In this document: one piece after another, positions 32,355-50,710 of the stretch
Layout: each line of letters opens with the position of its first letter
Numbering within the stretch: the stretch's first letter is position 1
NCBI GenBank assembly: GCA_945883785.1
Contig: CAMCYD010000003.1
Coordinates: 1,325 to 65,324 of the forward strand
Direction of reading: 5' to 3'
Origin: Helicobacter pylori PMSS1
GTDB lineage: Bacteria > Campylobacterota > Campylobacteria > Campylobacterales > Arcobacteraceae
Length of the DNA: 64,000 bases
The notes under the pieces: generated by a model
The model's input: the letters and a program-made list of their open reading frames with translations, nothing else
The model's database searches: none
Told to the model about the DNA's origin: nothing
Made by a program: the position numbers and the translations under genes

Positions 32355-32525
32355 ATGGCAAATGGAGTTAGAATAAAAATAGGTTTGAAATGCGTAGAAA
32401 CTGGTGACATTAACTATACTACAATGAAAAATCCTAAAACGCATACAGAGAAATTTGAAGTGAATAAATATTCACCAAGACTAAGAAAACACACAATTCA
32501 TAAAGAAGTTAAGTTAAAATCTTAA
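32355..32525 (+). CDS. rpmG: 50S ribosomal protein L33
   Basis: Not in the ORF track because it is under 60 aa. My translation is [56 protein letters not shown], at the conserved position after tuf. Confidence 0.88.
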   Translation: MANGVRIKIGLKCVETGDINYTTMKNPKTHTEKFEVNKYSPRLRKHTIHKEVKLKS

Positions 32526-32548
32526 TTTTTCTTTTGAAAGTATAAATA

Positions 32549-32578
32549 TAAGCAAATGACGAAAGTCATTTGCTTATC
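32549..32578 (+). other. 13-bp hairpin downstream of rpmG
   Basis: ATAAGCAAATGAC-GAAA-GTCATTTGCTTAT. No T-run follows, and tRNA-Trp starts 4 nt later. Confidence 0.4.
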
Positions 32579-32581
32579 AAT

Positions 32582-32658
32582 AGGCTAATAGCTCCAATGG
32601 TTAGAGCACCGGATTCCAAATCCGGGTGTTGTGGGTTCGACTCCCTCTTGGCCTGCCA
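32582..32658 (+). tRNA. tRNA-Trp (CCA)
   Basis: 77 nt. Acceptor AGGCTAA/TTGGCCT, anticodon stem CCGGA/TCCGG, loop TTCCAAA, encoded CCA. Confidence 0.92.
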
Positions 32659-32745
32659 TTATCGAAGAAATTTTGTGAAAAATTAAAAGTGAAAATTTTA
32701 TATACTTTTATTTTTAACTTTTCACTATTAAAAAAAGGTGCAATT

Positions 32746-32928
32746 TTGAGTAAAATAAAACTTTATTATAAACAAGCAAAAGATGAATTAAACAAAGTAA
32801 TATTCCCGATAAAAGAGCAAGTTAAAAGTGCTTATTTATCAGTTTTTGTTGTAGTGACAATAATATCACTATTTTTAGCACTTATTGACGCAATTATGTC
32901 TCTAGGTTTAACATCTATAATGAATTAA
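32746..32928 (+). CDS. secE: preprotein translocase subunit SecE
   Basis: The TTG at 32746 is in frame and preceded by AAAAAAGGTG. 60 aa with a single C-terminal TM segment, between tRNA-Trp and nusG. The upstream part of ORF 32626.. overlaps the tRNA. Confidence 0.8.
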   Translation: MSKIKLYYKQAKDELNKVIFPIKEQVKSAYLSVFVVVTIISLFLALIDAIMSLGLTSIMN

Positions 32929-32937
32929 GGATTAGCA

Positions 32938-33465
32938 GTGGCACATAATTGGTATGCAATACAAACACATTCAGGTAGCGAATTAACAATAAAAAGAGCA
33001 TTGGAAAGATTAAGTACTGAATTAAACGATGGTAGAATTGAACAAGTTCTTGTTCCTACTGAGGATTTAATCGAAATTAAAAAAGGCGCAAAGGTAATTA
33101 TTGAAAAGCCTCTTTATTCTGCATATGTATTTGCAAAAATTGATCTTGATACTTCACTTTGGCATGCTATACAGTCTATGCCTAAGGTGGGTAGATTTAT
33201 TGGTGAAGCAAAAAAACCATCACCATTAAGCGAAAAAGATATTAATCAAATTTTAGAAAAAGTAAATCACAGAGCAGCAGCTAAGCCTAGAATTTCATTT
33301 GATAAAGGCGAAATGGTTCGTATTAAAGATGGTTCATTTTCAAATTTTAATGGAAATGTAGAATCGTTTGATTTATCTTCTGGATTATTAACATTGAATG
33401 TTTTGATTTTCGGAAGAAATACACCAGTTGAAATATCTTATACCCAAGTTGAAAGAGTAGGATAA
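32938..33465 (+). CDS. nusG: transcription termination/antitermination factor NusG
   Basis: NWYAIQTHSG NGN start and a C-terminal KOW (GEMVRIKDGSFSNFNGNV). GTG start. Confidence 0.95.
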   Translation: MAHNWYAIQTHSGSELTIKRALERLSTELNDGRIEQVLVPTEDLIEIKKGAKVIIEKPLYSAYVFAKIDLDTSLWHAIQSMPKVGRFIGEAKKPSPLSEKDINQILEKVNHRAAAKPRISFDKGEMVRIKDGSFSNFNGNVESFDLSSGLLTLNVLIFGRNTPVEISYTQVERVG

Positions 33466-33480
33466 ATTATTATTCATAGA

Positions 33481-33530
33481 TATTAGGCAATAGATACTAG
33501 CTTCTAGTTATTTAGTAGTATTGCCTAATA
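33481..33530 (+). promoter_or_regulatory. long hairpin in the nusG-rplK spacer (terminator/attenuator or L11-operon leader structure)
   Basis: The perfect 12-nt arms TATTAGGCAATA and TATTGCCTAATA are separated by 26 nt. That spacer contains its own ACTAG/CTAGT pairing. Confidence 0.4.
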
Positions 33531-33556
33531 CCTATTTCAAAAAAAAAGGAATTAAA

Positions 33557-33982
33557 ATGGCAAAAAAAATACAAGGACTTATTAAGCTTCAAATACCTGC
33601 AGGTGCTGCTAATCCATCACCACCAGTTGGACCAGCATTGGGTCAAAGAGGTGTTAATATTATGGAATTTTGTAAAGCTTTTAACGAAAGAACAAAAGCA
33701 AATGCAGGATTTAAAATACCAGTTATTATAACTGTTTATACGGACAAAAGTTTTACTTTTGTTACAAAACAACCTCCAATGAGTGAGCTTATTATGAAAG
33801 CTGCTGGAATTAAAAAGGGGAGCAATAATGCTCTTAAAAATAAAGTTGCTAAGCTAACAAAAGAGAAAGTATTAGAAATTGTTAAACAAAAAATAGCTGA
33901 TTTAAATACCCAAGACATAGAACAGGCAGTTAAAATTGTTGAAGGTCAATGTAGAAGTATTGGTGTTGAAATAGAAAAATAA
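33557..33982 (+). CDS. rplK: 50S ribosomal protein L11
   Basis: [34 protein letters not shown]. The ATG at 33557 follows AAGGAA. Confidence 0.97.
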   Translation: MAKKIQGLIKLQIPAGAANPSPPVGPALGQRGVNIMEFCKAFNERTKANAGFKIPVIITVYTDKSFTFVTKQPPMSELIMKAAGIKKGSNNALKNKVAKLTKEKVLEIVKQKIADLNTQDIEQAVKIVEGQCRSIGVEIEK

Positions 33983-34062
33983 TTTTATAATTATTGTGGG
34001 TGCCGTAAAGACCACAAGGCAATAAGTGTGGTAGCAAATTAAAATATGCGAAGGAAATTAAA

Positions 34063-34758
34063 ATGAGTAAAAGAACAAAAGCACTACTTGAGAAAGTAGA
34101 TACAACTAAGTTATATAGTTTAGAAGAAGCAGTAATAAATGTTAAATCATTAGTATCGGCTAAATTTGACGAAACTGTTGAATTAGCATTAAATTTAAAT
34201 GTAGATCCAAGACATGCTGATCAAATGATAAGAGGTTCAGTTGTGCTTCCTGCTGGGACTGGTAAAACTGTGAGAGTCGCAGTATTTGCAAAAGGTTTAA
34301 AAATGGACGAGGCTCTTGCGGCTGGTGCAGATTTAGTTGGAAATGACGATTTAGTTGAGCAAATTCAAGCTGGAATTATTAACTTTGATGTGTTAATTGC
34401 AACTCCTGATACGATGGGGCTTGTTGGTAAAATAGGTAGAATCCTTGGGCCAAAAGGGTTAATGCCTAATCCTAAGGTTGGAACAGTGACAATGGATGTT
34501 ACGAAAGCAGTTAAAGATGCTAAGGGTGGTCAAATTACTTATAGAGTTGAGAAAAAAGGTATTATTCACGCTGGAATTGGAAAAGTTTCTTTTTCTGCGG
34601 AAGATTTATTGGCGAATGCTAGAACTTTGATGGCAGCAGTTAATAGACAAAAACCTGCTACAGCTAAAGGAAAATATGTTACAACTGCAACTATTTCTCT
34701 TACTATGAGCCCAGGTATTAAAATAAATCCAATGGAAATGATTGATATAAAAAACTAA
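34063..34758 (+). CDS. rplA: 50S ribosomal protein L1
   Basis: 231 aa, L1 sequence and operon position. Confidence 0.97.
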   Translation: MSKRTKALLEKVDTTKLYSLEEAVINVKSLVSAKFDETVELALNLNVDPRHADQMIRGSVVLPAGTGKTVRVAVFAKGLKMDEALAAGADLVGNDDLVEQIQAGIINFDVLIATPDTMGLVGKIGRILGPKGLMPNPKVGTVTMDVTKAVKDAKGGQITYRVEKKGIIHAGIGKVSFSAEDLLANARTLMAAVNRQKPATAKGKYVTTATISLTMSPGIKINPMEMIDIKN

Positions 34759-34863
34759 AAGTTGATAATATATTAGCTTTATCTTAAAACTAAAGACAGT
34801 GGGTTGTATAGTAATATTCAATAAATCCTACCGAAGTTTTTTCGTTTTGAAAGGAGGAAAATT

Positions 34864-35352
34864 ATGACTAGAGAAGAAAAAAATGTAATAGTAAGTGCTC
34901 TTACTGAAGAATTTAAAACTGCTGGTTCTGTTGTTGTTATAAACTACAAAGGTTCAAAACACAGAAAGTTAGAAACACTAAGAGTTATGGCGAAAGAATC
35001 TAATGTTAAAGTTCAAGTTGCTAAAAATACACTTGTAAATGTTGCACTTAAAAATGCAGATTTACCACAGTTATCTTTAGTTGGTGAAAGTATGTTTATA
35101 TGGGCTAACGATCAAATTAGTGCTTGTAAAATAGCTGAAAAATTTGCATCAGAGAACAAAGACACATTTATCATCAAAGGTGGTATTATCGAAGGACAAA
35201 TTGCTGATACTGCTAAAGTTGTGGCATTTGCTAAATTACCAGGAAGAGAAGAATTACTTGGAATGCTTGCTTCTGTTTGGATGGGACCTGTTAGAAACTT
35301 TACTATTGGTCTTGATGCGCTTAGAAGACAAAAAGAAGAAACTGCTGCTTAA
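34864..35352 (+). CDS. rplJ: 50S ribosomal protein L10
   Basis: 162 aa, operon position. AAGGAGG lies upstream. Confidence 0.95.
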   Translation: MTREEKNVIVSALTEEFKTAGSVVVINYKGSKHRKLETLRVMAKESNVKVQVAKNTLVNVALKNADLPQLSLVGESMFIWANDQISACKIAEKFASENKDTFIIKGGIIEGQIADTAKVVAFAKLPGREELLGMLASVWMGPVRNFTIGLDALRRQKEETAA

Positions 35353-35424
35353 TTACAATTTCGTAATAGTTGGTTTGTAGTGTGTGTTTTAAACAACAAT
35401 TTATAAAAAATAAAAGGATATTAA

Positions 35425-35793
35425 ATGGCAATTTCTAAAGAAGATGTACTAGAATTTATTTCTAGTCTAAGTGTATTAGAACTTTCAGAATTAGTAAAAG
35501 AATTTGAAGAAAAATTTGGAGTATCAGCACAACCTGTTGCTGGTGTAGCTGCTGCTGTTGCAGTTGAAGCTGTTGAAGAGCAAACTGAATTTACAGTTAT
35601 ACTTGTAGAAGCTGGGGATAAAAAAATTAATGTTATTAAAGAAATCAGAGCATTAACTGGTCTTGGATTAAAAGAAGCTAAAAATATGTCTGAAGAAGCG
35701 AATGCTATAGTTAAAGATGGCGTTCCAAAAGATGTGGCGGAAGCTACTAAAGCACAACTAGAATCTGCTGGTGCAAAAGTAATAATTAAATAA
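35425..35793 (+). CDS. rplL: 50S ribosomal protein L7/L12
   Basis: An Ala-rich hinge and the C-terminal domain [20 protein letters not shown]. Confidence 0.97.
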   Translation: MAISKEDVLEFISSLSVLELSELVKEFEEKFGVSAQPVAGVAAAVAVEAVEEQTEFTVILVEAGDKKINVIKEIRALTGLGLKEAKNMSEEANAIVKDGVPKDVAEATKAQLESAGAKVIIK

Positions 35794-35815
35794 TTTTATT
35801 TATTTAAAAAAATCC

Positions 35816-35842
35816 AAATGCTTCGCTTATTTTGCGAAGCAT
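35816..35842 (+). other. 10-bp hairpin downstream of rplL
   Basis: AATGCTTCGC-TTATTTT-GCGAAGCATT. No T-run follows. Confidence 0.4.
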
Positions 35843-35861
35843 TAGTGGTTTAAAAAGGTTA

Positions 35862-35908
35862 GCATTCTATGATATATGTTTTTTTCATATATCATAGAGT
35901 GCTTTTTT
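35862..35908 (+). terminator. rho-independent terminator/attenuator between rplL and rpoB
   Basis: A 17-bp stem, GCATTCTATGATATATG-TTTTTTT-CATATATCATAGAGTGC, with one G-U pair, followed by TTTTTT. Confidence 0.7.
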
Positions 35909-35919
35909 CAGCTTAATAA

Positions 35920-44644
<8,725 letters not shown>

Positions 44645-44687
44645 ATAAAGATAGGGATTAGTATTGATAATCCCCTGAGATTTTGAG

Positions 44688-44722
44688 AACTAGTGCTTAT
44701 TTAATAAGTACTAGTTTTTTGA
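44688..44722 (+). terminator. rho-independent terminator after rpoC
   Basis: The AACTAGTGCTT / AAGTACTAGTT stem (one G-U pair) is followed by TTTTTT. A second 8-bp hairpin, AGGGATTA...TAATCCCT, lies just upstream. Confidence 0.65.
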
Positions 44723-44758
44723 TTTTAGGAGTTATGAAAAAATAGATTGGACAACACA

Positions 44759-46039
44759 ATGAAAAAAGTAGAATTATTATCACCAGCTGGAAATTTAGAA
44801 AAATTAAAAATAGCCTTTACTTATGGAGCAGATGCTGTTTACGGTGGAGTGAGTCATTTCTCGCTTAGAATACGAAGCGGAAAAGAGTTTACCGTTGAAA
44901 CGTTCAAAGAAGGTATAGATTATGCACATAGTTTGGGAAAAAAAGTTTATGTAACTATCAATGGCTTCCCTTTTAACTCACAAATTGAACTTCTTAAAAA
45001 TCATATCAAAACGATGGCGGAATTAAATCCAGATGCCCTTATTGTAGCAACACCTGGGGTTGTTGGACTTTGCCGTGAGATAGCTCCAAATATTCCAATC
45101 CATCTTTCAACTCAAGCAAATGTGATGAACTATCTTGATGCAAAAGTTTATTATGATATGGGTGTAAGAAGAATTATAGCAGCAAGGGAGATAAGTCTCA
45201 AAGATGTTGAAGAGATAAAAAAAAGATTGCCAGAGCTTGAGATAGAGATATTTGTTCATGGAAGTATGTGTTTTGCTTATAGTGGAAGATGTCTGGTGAG
45301 TGCCGTTCAGATGGGAAGAGTGCCAAATCGTGGAAGTTGTGCAAATGATTGTCGGTTTGAATACACTTTGTATGCTGGAAATGAAAATCATGGGACACTT
45401 TTTAGACTAGAAGAACAACCAGAAATCGGTACTTACATCTTCAATGCAAAAGATATGAATTTAGCAAGTCATATCGATGAGATTTTGGCAAGTGGGGCGG
45501 TTGATAGTGTGAAAATTGAAGGTCGTACAAAATCACCTTATTATGCAGCGATTACCGCATACACTTATCGTATGGCAATTGATGATTTTTATGCTGGAAA
45601 ATTTGAAGCACAAAAATATCAAAATGAACTGAAATCTACTAAAAATCGTGGGTTTACAGATGCCTATTTGGTGCATAAACCATTTGAAAAACAAGGGACT
45701 GAGAATCACGACTACACGATGAGTAAAGGTGCTTTTGAGGTGAGTGGACTTGTGATGAAAGATGGAGAACATTTCCTTTGTAAATACAAAACTTACTTAA
45801 ATGAGGAAGTTGAGATATTCCATCCACTTGATACTACAATAGAGGAAGTGGATAATGAGATAGGGACAATTTATAAAAAAGAAGATGGAAAATACTACAT
45901 CAAATTTAAAAAAATAGTGACAGAATCAGGAAAAGAACTTGAATCGGTACACAGTGGCAATATCAACCCAATCAAACTCCCTACGAAGTTGCCATATCTT
46001 ACAATTTTTAGAATTGAAACAGAAGATTATGTAGATTAA
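44759..46039 (+). CDS. peptidase U32 family protein
   Basis: EIFVHGSMCFAYSGRCLVS fits the U32 signature. N-terminal ELLSPAGN...GADAVYGG. The ATG at 44759 is preferred over the TTG at 44747. Confidence 0.85.
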   Translation: MKKVELLSPAGNLEKLKIAFTYGADAVYGGVSHFSLRIRSGKEFTVETFKEGIDYAHSLGKKVYVTINGFPFNSQIELLKNHIKTMAELNPDALIVATPGVVGLCREIAPNIPIHLSTQANVMNYLDAKVYYDMGVRRIIAAREISLKDVEEIKKRLPELEIEIFVHGSMCFAYSGRCLVSAVQMGRVPNRGSCANDCRFEYTLYAGNENHGTLFRLEEQPEIGTYIFNAKDMNLASHIDEILASGAVDSVKIEGRTKSPYYAAITAYTYRMAIDDFYAGKFEAQKYQNELKSTKNRGFTDAYLVHKPFEKQGTENHDYTMSKGAFEVSGLVMKDGEHFLCKYKTYLNEEVEIFHPLDTTIEEVDNEIGTIYKKEDGKYYIKFKKIVTESGKELESVHSGNINPIKLPTKLPYLTIFRIETEDYVD

Positions 46040-46050
46040 AAGGAAATATC

Positions 46051-49000
46051 GTGTCTAAACTTCTTAAAATAACTGGATTCTTGCCATATATTTTTGTGGT
46101 ATTTTTAAATGCTTTTACTGACCTTGGACATAAAATAATTATTCAAAATACTGTTTTCAAAGTCTATGATGGAAGTGAGCAAATTATCCTTACAGCTATT
46201 GTAAATGGGCTTATTTTGCTCCCTTTTATTTTGCTTTTTTCCCCTGCTGGGTTTATTAGTGATAGGTACAAAAAAAATAGAGTGATGCAACTGTCAGCTA
46301 TTTTTAAAGTTATTATTACTTTGCTAATTACTTTATCATATTATTTAGGATTGTTTTGGGCATCATTTTTCTTGACATTTTTACTTGCGACCCAAAGTGC
46401 GATATATTCTCCTGCAAAATATGGTTACATCAAAGAACTTCTTGGTACATCAAATATCGCTTCAGGAAATGCTGCAGTCCAATCTGTAACAATTGTCGCC
46501 ATTTTGAGTGGAATGTTTATCTACTCGATTGGATTTGAAAGTTTGCTGGTCAACCAAACCAATGAAGCTACTATTTTGCAAGATATTGCACCTCTTGGTA
46601 TTTTTTTATTTTTAGGTTCATTTTTGGAACTTTATCTTGCATATAGATTACCAAATAAAACAATTGAACTCAGTAAAGAAGAGTTTACACTCTCCTCTTA
46701 TCTTAAAGGTAAATATCTTCAAAAGAATATCAAACTTATAAAAACAAATGAAATAATTTTGCTTTCAATTATAGGATTGTCTATTTTTTGGGCTCTTTCA
46801 CAAGTTGTTCTTGCAATTTTTCCAGCGTATATCAAAGAGCATTTGGCTATCACAAATGTTGTTGTAATTCAAGGGTTGATGGGAATTTCTGCTATTGGGA
46901 TTATTATTGGTTCACTTTTAGCATCTAAATTATCAAAAAATTATATTGAAATTGGAATGGTTCCAATTGGTTCGGTTGGAATATTTATCACAATTTTATT
47001 AATACCACTTTTAAATGATTTATACTTGTGTGGATTAGATTTTTTCTTTTTTGGAATTTTTGGTGGGTTACTTATCGTTCCTCTCAACTCTCTTATCCAA
47101 TATCATGCCTCAAATAAAAGGTTAGGACTCATTCTTTCTGGAAATAATTTCATTCAAAATATTTTTATGTTTTCATTTTTGGTTTTGACTGTTGGATTTA
47201 GTTTTATAAATATTTCCAGTGTTGAGATTTTTTATCTTATTTCGTTTGTTGCTTTTGTTAGTTCAATATACACTATTTACAAACTTCCACAATCACTTTT
47301 AAAATTATTTGTAACTTTATTTTTCTCTATAAAATACAAACTCATTGTTGAAGGAATTGAAAATATTCCACAAAATAGGGGAGTTTTACTTTTAGGAAAT
47401 CATATCAGTTGGCTTGATTGGGCATTTGTTCAGATGGCAAGTCCACGCTCCATTCGATTTGTGATGGAGAGAAGTATTTATGAGAAAAAAATGTTCAAAC
47501 CTTTTTTAGATTTTTTTGGAGTTATTCCTATTTCAAGTGGTGGAGGAAAAAAATCTTTAGAAATGGTTGCAACTTACCTTGAAAAAGGGGAGGTTGTTTG
47601 TATCTTTCCAGAAGGGACTATAAGTAGAAGTGGACATTTAGGAGAGTTTAAAAGAGGCTTTGAAATAGCAACATCTCATGTGCAAAATGCTGTTATTATC
47701 CCTTTTTATATTAGTGGACTTTGGGGGACAAAGTGGTCAAGATCAAATGTAAATTTTAAAGAGATAAAAGAAAATAAATATAAAAAGGATGTAATAGTGT
47801 CTTTTGGTAAACAAAAAAATATAAAAACAAATGCAAGTGAAGTAAAACAAAGTGTTTTTGAAATAGCAAGTGATAGTTGGAATCAATATATGAATAGTTT
47901 TCAAAATATCGATACAGTTTTTATTGATACGGTAAAACGAAAAGCTTCACAAATAGCACTTGTAGATAGTAGTGGTGAAGAGTATTCTTATACGAAGATG
48001 ATGACAATGAGTATATTTTTTAGAAATTTGATACAACAACATACGGAACAAAATATTGGTCTTTTGCTTCCGACGACAGCTATTGGAGCAATTGTAAATC
48101 TTTCAACAATACTTGCAGGTAAAACCGCAGTAAATCTTAATTATACTGCTTCAAAAGCATCGATAATGTATGGGGTTAAAGAAGCTGAAATAAAAAATAT
48201 TTATACTTCAAGACGATTCTGTGAGAAATTAAAAGATAAAGGGATTGTAATTGAAGATATTTTGGAAAATATAAATATTGTTTATCTTGAAGATATCAAA
48301 AAGAACAGTTCTAAGTTACAGGTTATACCAATTCTCTTACGGTATGGATTTATTAAATTTGCTCCAGTATCATGGGTTCAAAAAATGTATAGTTCCAAAA
48401 ATAATCTTGATACGATTGGAGCAATACTTTTTAGTAGTGGAAGCGAAGGGGATCCAAAAGGGGTAATGCTTTCACATCGTAATCTTTTGACAAATGTAAA
48501 ACAAATTAGTGAGATGTTAAATATCACTGAAGATGAAGTGTTTCTAGGAAGTTTGCCAATATTTCATGCTTTTGGACTTACTGTTACGACACTTTTACCA
48601 CTTTTAGAAGGGATAAAACTCGTTTGTCATCCTGACCCAACTGATGGACTAGGCATTGGAAAAGCAGTTGCAAAAAATCGTGTAACCTTTATGTGTGCTA
48701 CTTCAACTTTTATAAGGCTTTATCTTAAAAATAAAAAATTAACACCACTTATGTTTGAAAGTTTGAATATGGTTTTTGCAGGAGCTGAAAAATTGAATCA
48801 TTTGGTAGCTGATGAATTTAAACAAAAATTTGGAGTAAGTGTATATGAAGGGTATGGGGCAACCGAATGTTCTCCTGTAATAAGTGCAAATATCCCTGAT
48901 AATCTTGATATGAATTATTGGCAAACACAAGTGGGACAAAAACAAGGAACTATAGGGATGCCACTTCCAGGATGTGCAATAAAAATTATCAATCCAGACA

Positions 49001-49491
49001 CAATGGAAGAATTGCCAATTTTAGAAGATGGTCTTATTTTGGTAAGTGGTCCAAATGTGATGGTTGGTTATTTGAATAATGTTGCAAAAACAAATGAAGT
49101 TTTGATAACAATTGATGGAAGAATTTGGTACAAAACTGGGGATAAAGGGCATATAGATGAGGATGGATTTATCACAATAGTAGATAGGTATTCAAGATTT
49201 GTTAAAGTTGCGGGGGAGATGATAAGTTTGAGTGCAGTTGAAAATAAGATTTATGAAGCAATAAATAGTGGTGAGGATATTAAACTTGTTACAGTAAATC
49301 TGCCTGATGAGAAAAAAGGGGAGAAAATAGTTCTTTTAATCAATCGAGATATTGAAAATCTTAAACAAAAATTGATTGATTTTAAAATAGAACCTTTGTG
49401 GATACCGTCTGAAATTAAAGTGGTTGAAAATATTCCACTTTTAGGGAGTGGAAAAATAGATTTTGCAGGGGCTAAAAAATTAGCGATTTAA
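46051..49491 (+). CDS. three-module fusion: MFS lysophospholipid transporter (LplT-like) + PlsC-type acyltransferase + acyl-ACP synthetase/AMP-ligase (Aas-like)
   Basis: About 420 aa of polytopic N-terminus. Acyltransferase motifs NHISWLD (HX4D) and FPEGTISR. AMP-binding signature FSSGSEGDPKGV plus YGATE and TGD. GTG start. Confidence 0.85.
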   Translation: MSKLLKITGFLPYIFVVFLNAFTDLGHKIIIQNTVFKVYDGSEQIILTAIVNGLILLPFILLFSPAGFISDRYKKNRVMQLSAIFKVIITLLITLSYYLGLFWASFFLTFLLATQSAIYSPAKYGYIKELLGTSNIASGNAAVQSVTIVAILSGMFIYSIGFESLLVNQTNEATILQDIAPLGIFLFLGSFLELYLAYRLPNKTIELSKEEFTLSSYLKGKYLQKNIKLIKTNEIILLSIIGLSIFWALSQVVLAIFPAYIKEHLAITNVVVIQGLMGISAIGIIIGSLLASKLSKNYIEIGMVPIGSVGIFITILLIPLLNDLYLCGLDFFFFGIFGGLLIVPLNSLIQYHASNKRLGLILSGNNFIQNIFMFSFLVLTVGFSFINISSVEIFYLISFVAFVSSIYTIYKLPQSLLKLFVTLFFSIKYKLIVEGIENIPQNRGVLLLGNHISWLDWAFVQMASPRSIRFVMERSIYEKKMFKPFLDFFGVIPISSGGGKKSLEMVATYLEKGEVVCIFPEGTISRSGHLGEFKRGFEIATSHVQNAVIIPFYISGLWGTKWSRSNVNFKEIKENKYKKDVIVSFGKQKNIKTNASEVKQSVFEIASDSWNQYMNSFQNIDTVFIDTVKRKASQIALVDSSGEEYSYTKMMTMSIFFRNLIQQHTEQNIGLLLPTTAIGAIVNLSTILAGKTAVNLNYTASKASIMYGVKEAEIKNIYTSRRFCEKLKDKGIVIEDILENINIVYLEDIKKNSSKLQVIPILLRYGFIKFAPVSWVQKMYSSKNNLDTIGAILFSSGSEGDPKGVMLSHRNLLTNVKQISEMLNITEDEVFLGSLPIFHAFGLTVTTLLPLLEGIKLVCHPDPTDGLGIGKAVAKNRVTFMCATSTFIRLYLKNKKLTPLMFESLNMVFAGAEKLNHLVADEFKQKFGVSVYEGYGATECSPVISANIPDNLDMNYWQTQVGQKQGTIGMPLPGCAIKIINPDTMEELPILEDGLILVSGPNVMVGYLNNVAKTNEVLITIDGRIWYKTGDKGHIDEDGFITIVDRYSRFVKVAGEMISLSAVENKIYEAINSGEDIKLVTVNLPDEKKGEKIVLLINRDIENLKQKLIDFKIEPLWIPSEIKVVENIPLLGSGKIDFAGAKKLAI

Positions 49492-49543
49492 CCAAAGATT
49501 TGGTAGTATGTCACAATTTTAAAATTAAAAAAAGAGGTCTAAA

Positions 49544-50038
49544 ATGAATTTTGTTTCGATAATAATGGGTAGTAAAAGTGATTATGAGATAATGAAAAAC
49601 TGTGCTGATACTTTAGAAGAGTTTAGTGTAAAGTATGAGCTTATCATTAGTTCAGCTCACAGATCACCTGAGAGAACAAAAACATATATCAAAGAAGCGG
49701 AAGAGAAAGGTGCAAAAGTATTTATAGCTGCTGCTGGAATGGCAGCACACTTAGCTGGAGCTTTAGCTGCTGGTACAACTAAACCAGTTATCGGTGTACC
49801 TATGAAAGGTGGAGCGATGGATGGTATGGATGCTATGCTTAGCACTGTTCAAATGCCTGCTGGTATGCCAGTTGCAACTGTAGCACTTGGAAAAGCTGGG
49901 GCTGTCAATGCTGCTTATCTTGCTATGCAAATTTTAGCTATTACAGATAGAGAATTGGCTGTAAAACTAAAAGAAGATAGAATTGTAAAAGAGAAAAAAG
50001 TTGTCAATGACTCAAGAGAAATTGAAGTTATTTTATAA
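49544..50038 (+). CDS. purE: N5-carboxyaminoimidazole ribonucleotide mutase
   Basis: IIMGSKSD...SAHRSPERT...GMAAHLAG. Confidence 0.95.
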   Translation: MNFVSIIMGSKSDYEIMKNCADTLEEFSVKYELIISSAHRSPERTKTYIKEAEEKGAKVFIAAAGMAAHLAGALAAGTTKPVIGVPMKGGAMDGMDAMLSTVQMPAGMPVATVALGKAGAVNAAYLAMQILAITDRELAVKLKEDRIVKEKKVVNDSREIEVIL

Positions 50039-50044
50039 TTTATA

Positions 50045-50064
50045 AGACCACTTTTGGGTGGTTT
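50045..50064 (+). terminator. short hairpin after purE
   Basis: AGACCAC-6 nt-GTGGTTT followed by ATTTTA. A second 8-bp hairpin at 50077-50101 spans the ribE stop codon. Confidence 0.4.
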
Positions 50065-50086
50065 ATTTTAACTTAGATGGCTTCTT

Positions 50087-50704
50087 TTAGTACGAAGCCA
50101 TTATTTTATCTACATCTTCCCAACTTATATTTTTTCCTTTTGGTGCAAAAATATTATAAACATATCGGGCAAACATATCTGTTTCTATATTGACTTTTGA
50201 GTTTATTTTGTAAGTTTTAAAAAGAGTATTTTCTATCGTATGAGGGATAATTGTAAGGCGAAATTGATTTTTATTTTGTATCACTTCATTGACTGTTAAA
50301 CTTACCCCATCGACTGTGACACTCCCCTTTTGGATAACAAATTTGATATATTCTTTTGGCAGTTCTATAAAAAAATCAGCTGAATTTCCATTGTTTTTAA
50401 CAGCTACAATCTTTCCGATACAGTCGATATGCCCTTGGACAATATGCCCTTCAAATCTATCCCCCATCATCATTGCTGGTTCGATATGGACTTCATTTTT
50501 ATAATTTTCAACGACCAAAACACTTCTTGATTCTGGCGAGAGTTCTACACTAAAAGAGTTATTGCCTATTTTGACAACAGTGAGACAAGCTCCGTTTATT
50601 GCAATACTGTCTCCTACCTTTGGTTTGTATGAAGCTTTTATAGTAAGCAAACTTCCAACAAAACTTTCAACTTGTGCCATCTCTCTTATCAAGCCTGTAA
50701 ACAT
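50087..50704 (-). CDS. ribE: riboflavin synthase (alpha chain)
   Basis: MFTGLIREMAQV start with a duplicated lumazine-binding repeat (GDSIAINGACLTV / GSVTVDGVSLTV). Confidence 0.94.
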   Translation of the reverse strand: MFTGLIREMAQVESFVGSLLTIKASYKPKVGDSIAINGACLTVVKIGNNSFSVELSPESRSVLVVENYKNEVHIEPAMMMGDRFEGHIVQGHIDCIGKIVAVKNNGNSADFFIELPKEYIKFVIQKGSVTVDGVSLTVNEVIQNKNQFRLTIIPHTIENTLFKTYKINSKVNIETDMFARYVYNIFAPKGKNISWEDVDKIMASY

Positions 50705-50710
50705 TTTGTA

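Noticed and set aside
32626-32745. N-terminal 40 codons of ORF 32626..32928.
   Set aside because: This part overlaps tRNA-Trp (32582-32658). An in-frame TTG at 32746 with a good SD gives a 60-aa SecE of normal size.
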